Shown here: piece by piece, positions 37,582-47,846 of the stretch
How positions within the stretch are numbered: position 1 is the first letter of the stretch
Layout of the letters: the number at the start of each line of letters is the position of its first letter
DNA from: Lepidodermella squamata
Taxonomy: Eukaryota; Animalia; Gastrotricha
Reading direction: 5' to 3'
Assembly: GCA_047495785.1 (NCBI GenBank)
Contig: JBLDXI010000026.1
Span: 62,001-126,000 of the forward strand
Length of the DNA stretch: 64,000 nt
Made by a program: the position numbers and the translations under genes
The notes under the pieces: generated by a model
What the model saw: the letters and a program-made list of their open reading frames with translations, nothing else
What the model was told of the DNA's origin: nothing
Databases searched by the model: none

Positions 37582-40500
37582 TTATAGTCGGAAATTCGAG
37601 CGTCTGTAACGCTGGCTTATGGTCCTATCCAGTCTGTACGTCAGGGGGATTCGCTGCCCGATGTGTCGCAGGATTGGAAGTAATGTCCTGCTAAAGGTGA
37701 CCACGCATGTGTCCCGGAGGGGCCTGTATGGGCGGCGTGGTCTCGTGAAAGGCCATGCAAGAGCGCTCCGCTCCCTGCATACTTGACGCAGTGCCACAAC
37801 AAACTCCTGCCAGCTGTAGCCCCGCTGACGTAAGCGCAGGCCTAGCTGCAGGCAGGCCGTCATGAAGGCCTGGTGTGTCTGACAGATCCGCAGAAACCGC
37901 AGAATCTGCCCGCGCATAATGCCCGTGAAAACGTGCACCGGGTGGTTTGAATCGCCATGGAGTAGCGCAAGGTTATCAGTGGGTTTAACATGCAGTGCAG
38001 TGAGAAACCTGTCGCCGGAACGGCGAACCGCCACGTCCAAGTAGTGTTGGGAGTCGACGGCAATGTCAGCCGTGATCCGTATGTTGGGGTGACTACTCTC
38101 ATAGGAATCCAGGTAGTGCTGTAGACCCTCGCGCATGTGGGAGATGGAGAAAATGTCATCAAGAAACCGCGTTGTGAACAATGCCCCAGTGCCAAGGGAA
38201 AGCCAGCGCTCCTTGTAGTAGAGCCAGCAGATGGCGACTGGCGGGGATATATTACCCCCCATAGCGAGACCGCGTATTTGTTTATAGAATTTCCCGTTGA
38301 AGGACACTGTATTGTGCCTCAGGACGAGTTCAGTCAGTTGGCTCACTGGGAGAATAGCTTCCCCTGGTAGCCTGTGAAACTCATCAAGGTACCATCGGAC
38401 CGCCACGACAGCCTCGTCAAGTGGAACCTGATTATACATGTCGTTTATGTCGGCCGACATCAGGAAGGTCTCGCGGTCGGGGTCACGTAGGTGAACAGAC
38501 CTGAGACGTGCAATAAACTGGATGGTATCCTTTGCAACGGTATTTAGGTTATTCCATATTGGAGTACGGTTCGCTATTAGGTGGCGCAAGTGGTGTTCAC
38601 CCTGCCGAAAGCGGGTGCCACCAATCAGCAAGCTCAGTACACGGTCGAGGCCGGAGGTGTAAGTCTTAAGGCCATCCGTGATAGGCCTCACCTTTGGCCA
38701 GCCGTGGGCATTCAGCGGCTTGTGGGTTTTGTAGTTGAAGTACATGCATTTAAGTCGAGGGTTAGTGATAGCTGGAACCACCTGTTCATGGTGAAGGCGG
38801 AACCAGCTGTTAGTCCGGTACAACTCACTACATAGGTCTTGCAGGTCGGAAATGAAAGAGTCGTAACCGTCGTCAGAGACGGGCTGCCACATGTTCCGGT
38901 CGCTAAGGAAGTCCTCGCCAATGGCTGCGTACCGAGCGGCGCTGTCTACTATGAGAATATTACTTTTGTCACTCCTGGTGAGCACCACGCCCCGCGGAAG
39001 GCGGGGTGGCGGGGTTTCCCTGCCCAGTGCGGATATACGGGAGAAGGCGATGCGACGCAAGCGCTGGGGAACATGGACACCATTGGTCGCCGCAACACCA
39101 AGTAGCTGGTGATAGCGGCGTAGTTGTTCAGCCCTCACTCGAGGGACAAACTTAAGGCCTTTTCCTAGTAATCGTAGTAGCGATGGTCTGACGGAGTCAG
39201 TCAGATCAATGATCCCGAACTGGCGTAGAAGCCGCTGATTTTTAGCCGAAAGGTTGAAGTTAACCCCCGCTGCGGCGTCACGCTCTTGGTAGAAGCTGGG
39301 TATCAGCTCCCCAGGATAGAACGCGGCCCATATGTTATCAAACGAGAATTCCAACTCCCACAAGTGACCGGGGTGGCGGTCTGAGAGGTGGCGTGTCAAG
39401 GCCGAGTATGTGTTTGCAAAGGGCGTAGGGCCACACCCACACAGTAATTCAGTCTTCAGCCGACTACAGACTATAGTGTTTCTGCCGTCAGGCGGCGCCA
39501 TGTAAGGCACGACCTCCCAAGCCCAGTACCTGTTAGGGGTGGACAGTAAGTAGCTAAGACTATTCACGACAGAAGTGTTACCACTATGGGTGTGATATTG
39601 AACGAGGTCAGTCCAAGTGAGAGTAGACCTACCTTTGCCGTTGCCTGTTGGTGGCGGTGCCGTGACGTTCTTCAGTGGAGTGAACGCGAAGGTACGCAAG
39701 GGAGCCGGTGGGGTGGCTGCAGTCTTGTCGGGCTGAGCGCGGGGTCGCTGGATAGGCTGTGCCGGTGCAGCAGGGCCGATCCCCGGTACGGTCAAATCCT
39801 GTCCGGGGTGGTCAAGCGTGACCTGTTGTTGTTGACCAGGCGGGGGGTGCGGAGGGGCCGGCGCAGTTGAGCCAGTGCCAGGCGCGGGATAGTCCTGCGC
39901 GGTTTGTGCAGTACGCGGGTTCTGACCAGGTGACAAGTCGCGAGAGAGCTCCAACGATGATTCCATAGTGTCATGGAGAGCTGCAGCATCAGCAGCCTTC
40001 ATAAGCAAGGCGTCGTGGATAACGCGGTCAACATGCTCGACGAACAGCTGGAGGATCTCGGACTCTGCCGTCGGTTTGGCAGCACGGAACTGCCCAATTG
40101 GCAGACCGAGGTCGAGGCCGAAAATCTCCTCCGGCGACAAGCCAGGTAAATCAGGTCTCGCGCTGGTGGGCCAGTGCCCAGCTGCAAAGTGGATTCCAGA
40201 CATCGGCCATTTAGCGGCGCCCTTTTTGTCATGTAGCCAAGTGTAAGCACGCAGGACCACGTCGTCCGGTCTAGCGACAAGCTTCAAGGCATTCCGGAAG
40301 TCCTCAAATTCAGTCATAGCTTTGTAGACATCTGCATCGTCATGCAGCTGCTGGAGTTCAGTGAAAGCCCGGTGGGCCGCAGCTGCAATGCGGGGACGAA
40401 AAACCTCCGTACAAGCGGCATCATTCAGGCTGAACGACTTGGCGACCTCTTTCATGGTAGCATCATCTCTTTCCGACCGGCGCCCCATAGCCCGGAATGC

Positions 40501-40731
40501 AAGTTTGTAGGAGCAGTGCTTTGCAGAAACCAAGAATTTCCCGCATAGTATCTGCGCTTCTTGGTCGGACTTAGCCGGAGCGGGGGTGAGCTCGTCGCCT
40601 GGCGGGGTTTCGTGGAGCCTCTTCATATCTGCCAGCAAACTGGTGAGGGCATCGTTTTTGCTCAGTTTAGCTGGGGGCTGATCCCTAGGGTGTTGTTGAC
40701 CCATTCGTTTTTTCTGGTGGAAATTGCTCAT
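37582..40731 (-). CDS. Penelope-like reverse transcriptase, 1049 aa, with N-terminal extension and C2H2-like finger, no GIY-YIG
   Basis: KGLKFVP, SDKSN, YKTHK, VRPI, SADINDMYNQVP (motif A), YKQIRGLAMGGNISP (B), RFLDDIF (C), YLDV (E), KPTD...DSNHP...GQILRFLRIC...RGY thumb typical of PLEs. Confidence 0.93.
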   Translation of the reverse strand: MSNFHQKKRMGQQHPRDQPPAKLSKNDALTSLLADMKRLHETPPGDELTPAPAKSDQEAQILCGKFLVSAKHCSYKLAFRAMGRRSERDDATMKEVAKSFSLNDAACTEVFRPRIAAAAHRAFTELQQLHDDADVYKAMTEFEDFRNALKLVARPDDVVLRAYTWLHDKKGAAKWPMSGIHFAAGHWPTSARPDLPGLSPEEIFGLDLGLPIGQFRAAKPTAESEILQLFVEHVDRVIHDALLMKAADAAALHDTMESSLELSRDLSPGQNPRTAQTAQDYPAPGTGSTAPAPPHPPPGQQQQVTLDHPGQDLTVPGIGPAAPAQPIQRPRAQPDKTAATPPAPLRTFAFTPLKNVTAPPPTGNGKGRSTLTWTDLVQYHTHSGNTSVVNSLSYLLSTPNRYWAWEVVPYMAPPDGRNTIVCSRLKTELLCGCGPTPFANTYSALTRHLSDRHPGHLWELEFSFDNIWAAFYPGELIPSFYQERDAAAGVNFNLSAKNQRLLRQFGIIDLTDSVRPSLLRLLGKGLKFVPRVRAEQLRRYHQLLGVAATNGVHVPQRLRRIAFSRISALGRETPPPRLPRGVVLTRSDKSNILIVDSAARYAAIGEDFLSDRNMWQPVSDDGYDSFISDLQDLCSELYRTNSWFRLHHEQVVPAITNPRLKCMYFNYKTHKPLNAHGWPKVRPITDGLKTYTSGLDRVLSLLIGGTRFRQGEHHLRHLIANRTPIWNNLNTVAKDTIQFIARLRSVHLRDPDRETFLMSADINDMYNQVPLDEAVVAVRWYLDEFHRLPGEAILPVSQLTELVLRHNTVSFNGKFYKQIRGLAMGGNISPPVAICWLYYKERWLSLGTGALFTTRFLDDIFSISHMREGLQHYLDSYESSHPNIRITADIAVDSQHYLDVAVRRSGDRFLTALHVKPTDNLALLHGDSNHPVHVFTGIMRGQILRFLRICQTHQAFMTACLQLGLRLRQRGYSWQEFVVALRQVCRERSALAWPFTRPRRPYRPLRDTCVVTFSRTLLPILRHIGQRIPLTYRLDRTISQRYRRSNFRL

Positions 40732-41348
40732 CGTTACAAAGTAAAGTCTAGAAATGCAAAGTCAAGCATTTGTAGGAAGCATTTGTCGTAAGCATTGTAG
40801 GAGAGCACGTCATGGAGATCGCGTGATCATGGGTCGTTTTGGGGTCGATGGGTCATTTGGGTCGTTTTCAGTCGCCAACATGGAATGGAAGGCCGAATGG
40901 TCCGCAGCCCCAAAATTCCGCTTTCTTTCAAATTGAAAAAAGGCAGAATGACCAAGTCCGTTCCCGTGACGCCGATTGGCGAGAGGTGTGCACCCGGAGC
41001 GCGCACTAAAGCGCGCACTCCAAGCAATGCGCCAGGAATGTGCCCCCGTGGTCCCGCAATAGCGGTCGCGGGCAGCTATGGCTCTCGACTCACGTGGCTC
41101 TGGTTCTGGCTCACGTGACAGGTACCCCCAGGAAAAGTCATGTCCAACACGAAGTGGACCGCCTGTGCGTCTCTAGTCCCCAGAGATGTGGTTGCAGTGC
41201 ACCACATTAGGCTACAGGCCAGAGCCAAGTGCAGCAAGTGACTTACTGGGGCATCACGGCGGGTGTGGTTGGTGATGTCAAAGAACAGACGTTTGATAGG
41301 TGAAAGGGCACACTTTTATTATGGAGCCAAGTCACAAAACAGTGATAG

Positions 41349-41824
41349 TCACGATGATGCTTCGCCATGTTCCGGAAGTTGGCGGCGGGTCAGCTTATCT
41401 TCATAGCCGTAAATCACCTCACACCAGCACTCCGGCCAAGGAACTGTGTAGGGCGAGTGGGAAGTCTTCTTTTTCCACGGCTGACCTACAATCAGCTTCC
41501 AGAAATTGCGGAAAATGCACCCTGCCTTCCTGTGGCGCTGCATGAAATGGGTGTACATGCCATATATGGTGCGGGTGGTGGCGCCACAACTACGGAACAG
41601 GCAGAGGAGTTCTTCGGGATGTGTCCGAAAGAACGGAACCTTGCGCTTTTCTTCCCACATGCGTAACCAGAATGCGTGTTGGCCTACGGCACGATCCCCC
41701 TCGGAGGCAGGATCCACCGGGCGCTTCAAGTTGGCAAACTGGCTGGAGCAGCCAGAGTCCGGCAGCTCCCACGCGCGGTTGGTGCATGTGTTTCCTCGGC
41801 GACTCAGAGGTAGCTGAATTCTGC
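41349..41824 (-). CDS. ATG-less C2H2 3' exon of PLE unit 2
   Basis: TTCACTTTCCTCTTGCCTTATCACAG|GC AGA ATT gives GRIQLPLSRRGNTCTNRAWELPDSG...CLFRSC-x12-HFMQRH...VPWPECWCEVIYGYE, aligning with unit 1. Confidence 0.8.
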
Positions 41825-41970
41825 CTGTGATAAGGCAAGAGGAAAGTGAAAAACACCGCTAGAGTAAGCATGGCATAAATGTTTATTCAACAAAATGCGT
41901 GACTCATATGTATGAAACAGTCATATAGAGGCAGTCCTTGCCTGGCATTGTTGTCCACATCGGCCGGTGA

Positions 41971-43094
41971 TCAGCGCGGCGCCACACCTGTAAATACAGA
42001 AGTGGGGGTTAGTGAGAACTTTGAACGCCTATAGCGCTGCCCGATGGAGCTCTCAAGCGTGTAGGCCAGTGGTACCTTACTCTTCAAAAATCCCAAGAGG
42101 GGGTTCAACGCCTTGCTGTAAGGCAAGGTGTGCGACGATGCATATGCCCTGCTAGGGCGGCGTGCTTTGGCGAAGGGCCACTTGAGTCCCTTGCGCTCAG
42201 CACTTACCCGGTGTAGCTGGGTAACAAAGCTGTGCCAACTGTACCCCCGTTTACTAAGGTGAGTGCCAAGTTGGACGCATGCTGACATAAAGGCGCTGTG
42301 TGTCTGACAGATGCGGAGAAATCGCAAGATCTGCCCGCGCATAATTCCCGTGAAAATATGGCGAGGGTGATTCGAGCTACCATGGAGGAGAGCTAAGTTG
42401 TCTGTCGGCTTGACGTACAGCGATGTCAGCAGTTTATCGCCAGAACGCTGAACGTTTATGTCGAGGAAGTGCTAACTATCCACCGCAATATCCGCGGTTA
42501 TCTTTATGTTAGGGTGACTGCCCTCGTAGGCATCAACAAAGTGCTCCAGTCCCTCCCGCATGTGGGAGATGGAGAACATGTCGTCAAGGAAACGCGTCGT
42601 GTATAGCGCCCCCGAGCCTACTGAAAGCCAACGTTCCTTATAGAACAGCCAGCAAATGGCCACTGGGGGCGAGATGTTTCCGCCCATGGCAAGGCCGCGC
42701 GTCTGCCGGTAGAACTTATCATTGAAGGAAACAGTGTTGTGCCGCAAGACCAGCTCCGTCAGGTCGCACACCGGCGCAATAGCATCATCGGGCAACCTAC
42801 GGAATTCTTCTAGATACCACCGTACTGCAGTGACAGCCTCAGAGAGGGGCACTTGGTTGTACATGTCATTGACATCAGCGGACATCATGTATGTTACACG
42901 TTCTGCGTCCCGAAGCGTGATAGCCCGTAGTCGCCTCACGACTTGAAGAGTATCCTTGGCGGTGGTATGCAAATTCCCCCAAATGGGTGTGTGATCCTGG
43001 ATTAACTTGCGGAGGTGTCCCTCACCAGGACGAAAATGCGTCCCACCAATGAGTAAGCTCAATATCCGGTCGAGACGCGATGTGTACGTCTTAA
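41971..43094 (-). pseudogene. 5'-truncated RT of PLE unit 2 with nonsense codon at 42472-42474
   Basis: SADVNDMYNQVP, GLAMGGNISP, RFLDDMF; DS*HFLDI vs DSQHYLDV in unit 1. Confidence 0.9.
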
Positions 43095-43657
43095 CAGTTT
43101 TTCTGTTTTTATTTCTTTCACGTCCTTCGGTTAGCGATATTAAGAACTGAAACACTGATTGAGTTAGAAGTTGAAAATTATCACAGAAGTTCAGCGCGAG
43201 CAAGCGTAAAGCGACGAAGTTTGATGTTCAATGTGGACAGGTCGCCAACGTCAATCGCGTACCGTCTTGCCAAAGTTCAACTGCAAAAATAGCCCAAACT
43301 TTAGGTATTTCTTAAACACCCAGTATCCCAGTCGAACGCGGGTCATATGAAAGTTATATAATTTTCAGCGATTCCATCATATTACTAGTCACATGTGATT
43401 GCAATATAGGAAATGTCGTTCTTTGTAGCTAACTTTTGAAGAAAATGTCACATCGATGGTTATATAACCGGCATATGATCTTCATATGACTTTGACTCAG
43501 AAGCTCATTAGCATATGCAAATATTTATAACCCAATTAACAATAATTAAAATGATAATTACTCAGCCCCCTGAGGTCTCAGGCGCCGGTAACCATTGCAG
43601 ATCCCCTCCAAACATTGTTTGAAAGAATCGAAAGACAAATGGGTCGAAGTTGACTTG

Positions 43658-43729
43658 TGTCGTCGGTTGGAGTCGAACCCGGGTCGCCTTGCCTTAGAGG
43701 TGGACGCGTTACCACTAGACCAGCTGGCC
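43658..43729 (-). ncRNA. tRNA-derived sequence (SINE head or pseudo-tRNA)
   Basis: Pol III A box TGGTCTAGTGG and B box GGTTCGACTCC at tRNA spacing; acceptor and anticodon stems do not pair. Confidence 0.6.
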
Positions 43730-44570
43730 ACTCTTATACCGTGATGGTTAATAGGGGCATATAAGTTTCCAGTCGGTTTTTTTCAATTTTTTTGATGCGA
43801 GTGTGAAGGCAAGTAAGGTGGGTTTGTCTGCTCATAGAGCAGTTGGAGGGAGGTCCATGAACACCCATGTCACTCAGGGTACACACAGAGGGTGCCTTGT
43901 TCGCGATATCGGTCATTTTGTATACCTATGCTTTATTTTTATTTTTTTTTGAAAATGTTTCCTACTGTAGTTTTTCGTGTGGATTCTAATGGTGAAATCG
44001 GTTTCCACGTAGGACACATAGTCATTATGATATAGCCGAATGAGGTATAGCCTATTTGTATCTCTACTGAACAGCCAACATTTGTATCTCATTACTTAGC
44101 TTCTTTAAATTCAATTTTAAATTCATCTTATTTCCCCTACCTCTTCCCGGCTTCGAATGCTCTTATTACCCTTGCTCTTATTCAGGTGTGAGAAATTGTT
44201 AGATTCCTGACCGTGCTAACTTTTGATTTTCACTATAGGACCCTAACCTAGGCCTACAGGATTTTGACTTTGATGTATAGCATTCATATTTCTGGCGTGT
44301 AACTAATGTCATGCTCACTTAGTACGAAAATCATATCAAAAGTATGCTGCAAATCACTGTGACATGAAGGTAATATGAAAATGGCATTACGCAAAAGTTG
44401 TTACGTAGTCGGCATACGACATGTTATATGAAAATGGCATAACAAAAAAGTTGTCATGTGACTGGCATATGACATTTATATAACTTCTTCGTTTCGAAAT
44501 GTGACCCGCGTTCGTCTGGGTATAATGTCTGCAAGATGATCTATGATCTATATCTATAGTCTGCAATGAA

Positions 44571-44864
44571 TTATTCAGATTTGGCGAGCTTCCATTGGAC
44601 GAAGCATTGGACGATGCATGATGGTATGGGATACAGGCCGACTCTGCTAATATTGCATCGAAACCGTAAACAATCCTCGAATCGCGATAGCTTCGCTTTG
44701 CTTCCAGGTCTAAGAAGTTGTGGCAATCGCCGATCGATCGGTTGATCTGGACTAGGCTGTGAGCTGACAATCGGAAGCGCCTCGTTAGACGTGACGAAGC
44801 TGATTAACACTGTGAACAGAATTGCTGCAACGGAAGCGCTTAGGGCCATAACAGGAGTCTTCAT
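44571..44864 (-). CDS. 4-Cys secreted peptide precursor, subfamily I copy D
   Basis: MKTPVMALSASVAAILFTVLISFVTSNEALPIVSSQPSPDQPIDRRLPQLLRPGSKAKLSRFEDCLRFRCNISRVGLYPIPSCIVQCFVQWK. Confidence 0.85.
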   Translation of the reverse strand: MKTPVMALSASVAAILFTVLISFVTSNEALPIVSSQPSPDQPIDRRLPQLLRPGSKAKLSRFEDCLRFRCNISRVGLYPIPSCIVQCFVQWKLAKSE

Positions 44865-45298
44865 GTTTTTAGTTCAAACGATAATTTCCTCCACTTCAGC
44901 AAATTTAGTTATGTGACACCGCACTTTTTATATCTCTTTTATATCTCAACTCGATTTCAGGGGAAATAGAAGATGATTCAATTTAATCATTCCATTGACT
45001 AGTTAATCTTCACCAAATGAGAGCGCGGTAACTTTCATTAGCTATTTTGATGTTGTTACGTCAACTATAGTGACGAATATCAATTAAATTCTAATAGAGC
45101 AGGCGAAGCTCTATGGCGAGTCGCAAAATTACTCATACAACGCAATGATTCACGATAAAGTTATTTTCCGTTTTTTTAAGGGATGAGGTTTACAATTTAT
45201 TGAGAACCTGCTCTTTGCAAATAATAGAACCTCAAACAAGTCAACAGTATGGATCAACCATTAATCGATGAAAATGGTTAAATTTAGCAGCAATACAT

Positions 45299-45780
45299 TC
45301 AATTTCCAAGAGTTGCCGTATTGTTTGTCCGGGTTGGTTTCGGAGGCCTCAATTTGTCGAAATCGATATTGCCGCCATCCATTCCCGATTCTGTCATAGG
45401 ACTCCGGCAGGCGTAGCCACAACCGGTGAAGCAGCAAATTTGAGAAGTCGATTCACAGTTGAAGCACAGATCTCCGCAGGTTCGCATAGACCCATAACGG
45501 ACGGGTGGACATTTTAGGACAGGCTTTACAGCTGCCGGTCGATTCGTCCCGCAATTCACCTTCTTGCCATCTAAGAAAAACTCAGCGTCGCAGTAACCCT
45601 GGCACGTCTGAGAGACGCATTTCGCATTAGGGTGGGCTGAATGATGAAAGCTGATTTTTACAAAAATTAATAGCAATAATGGACTTTGATTAACCTGAGC
45701 AGTTGGAAACTCGACACGGGTCAACAAAACATTGAACAGGTTTGGGACAAGGAATTGCGTTACCTCCGCAAATGTCTGCA
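45299..45780 (-). CDS. Cys-rich protein with WAP-like domain (exons 45780-45695, 45636-45299; 5' exon unresolved)
   Basis: CPKPVQCFVDPCRVSNCS|AHPNAKCVSQTCQGYCDAEFFLDGKKVNC module, then KPVLKCPP...CGDLCFNC...CCFTGCGYACRSP (WAP-like). Confidence 0.7.
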
Positions 45781-46936
45781 CTTGAAATAACCGTGAAAAA
45801 CACAATAATTAAGAACCTTATCAAGGTCATATTTTTTTATTGAAAAATGCACCTTACAACAAGCTAATCAGTTAGAACAGTCACGCTTGAGTTGCCAAGC
45901 GGCTCATCTGCTGTCCCTGAACAATGGGTAATGAGTAAATATTGCTCAAACGATGATTAAACGGACGGTTGATGAAGCGTTAAAGACGGTCCTGATTTAG
46001 AGCCAATGTCCAAAAATCATTGTCATGGTTTATTAGCTGACATGCGGCTCAACGTCTCCTGCAATAGGGTTGATTTGAAGGTTGAATAACTGGGGTGGAG
46101 CTAAGCGCGTCGAACAAGCGTTCGATGCACTTGAATGGCTGGATTATTTGATTATAGTTCAATCGTTCAAGCGCTTCGAACGTTCCACGAGTTCGTTTTT
46201 GTCAACGCTAATATTTGTCAGAGTTCGACTGTATAGGAAGAAACTTGGGCGCCATACACCTACTGTAACTAGTACTGAACTGACGAAATATGAACTATTT
46301 TTTAATATTTTTAGCACACGTCGAATTTTGTTTTCGCTTGTCAAGTCGTCATGCTTTTGTCTTGCTGGGACATACTCACCTAGTGGAAAATGAGCTATCA
46401 TACGAGATTATCTGGCGTTTCATAATCGCTTGTCAGAATGTGTCCTCATTTTATTAGGTTAATCTAATTTACTCAATTTTCCAATTTTCCACTGCAATAA
46501 TCTAGGGCAAATTTCATTTTAGTGCAAGTTCGCTCGGGTTATCCGCGATGCCTGACTGGTTCCAACTATGCACCCTGTCTCAGGATTAGCATCGCACTAC
46601 AAGAACGAAGAACTGAAAGAATGGAATCATAAGGTGTAACGGTAGTCACATGGAGGTCTCGTTAAGAGGAAACTGAGATCTAACCATGCGGAAAATTATC
46701 GCGACTAACTAAGCGTGAAATTCGAAAATTAACCTCCAGAATTTGAGCAAGATAAATACTTGTCTAAATACTCTACGCTATTCGCTATTTATCAAGGTGA
46801 CTCCAGCTTGGTGAATGGCGATTTCTCTTTACACAACCTTGAGAAACTTCTCATTCGGGGCATCAAACTAATCATTGAAAGTTGTGTTATAGGCCAGCAC
46901 TAACATCGGCCCGGATTATGCCGAGTCAAATAGATT

Positions 46937-47040
46937 TCATCGTCGGTGCGGCCAAAAGTTAAATTCTGAGCCCGGAACTGTAAAAATCTCATTTTCGATT
47001 TTGTATGGACATAATTCTTTTGGCCGCACCGACGACGACG
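46937..47040. repeat. Short inverted repeat related to the TIRs of the 12914-13533 element
   Basis: TCGTCGGTGCGGCCAAAAG ... CTTTTGGCCGCACCGACGA. Confidence 0.7.
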
Positions 47041-47846
47041 ATTTGTAACCGACATCAGTATATTAGGTTGTTGCTGATAAACGCATTTTATTGATTATAG
47101 AGAGCGCTAGAGTTTTTCCATACCCTAATTCTTAGGAAAATCAAATTAATGCTAGGAAGATCATATGTCGGTGCCGTTTTTAAATTCCCCTGAAAAACTG
47201 CGTAACCCGGACTTCACGGACTGCAAATCAAGCTTTAAAACTTCGGAATATGCGCCTGTTTAGACAATAAATTTATTGTATAAGGTACGAGCAATCCAAA
47301 TTGGTTCGTATTGCACCTATCAGTTCCGATTTTACAGCTTTCCATGGAATATTGGCAATGAAGGGTACATATAATTCTTAAATTGGCCGCGTTCTCCCGT
47401 AAATTCGACGAGCCCCGAATCTATACGGATGTAAGGGCAATATAAGCAATACAACTTCCTTAATTATTTAGCACCTGGTAACCTCAGCTAAAATATCCAG
47501 GCGTTATCAGCAGCCGGAAGCGCACTATATTAACCTTCAGTTATCTTTACAGCCCAAAATAAAACGACCAATTAGTCGGAAGGGAGAATTCTTTTATTCG
47601 TTTCCGATGTGGGTTGCTTTTTCACTTATGCACAAATATGTGAATTAATGAAGAATTTATGCCAATTATATTAGCACAAATTATTCACCGGGGTTCATGA
47701 AAGAGCTTCTAGTAGTCTCCTCTACGGTAGAAAGTCTTTTTTATGGCATTGAATGCCGAAAATATCGATGAACGAAAACAACGAGATCGTGATGATGAAA
47801 AGAAAAACAGTAGTGATGAAGGCCCTTGGTTCTGCAATGTCAGCTT

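Larger units (their letters stand above)
36100..43094 (-). mobile_element. Head-to-tail pair of endonuclease-less Penelope-like retroelements (full unit about 36100-40900; 5'-truncated diverged unit about 40900-43094)
   Basis: GC-rich island in AT-rich host DNA; two homologous RT + zinc-finger ORF sets; shared non-coding motifs; homology of unit 2 stops abruptly at 43094 (LKTYTS). Left boundary approximate. Confidence 0.85.

Noticed and set aside
35800-43100. Hammerhead ribozyme in the PLE
   Set aside because: No CTGANGA...GAAA core with stems found by eye on either strand; an Infernal search is needed to exclude variants
43658-43729. Functional tRNA gene
   Set aside because: Acceptor and anticodon stems do not pair
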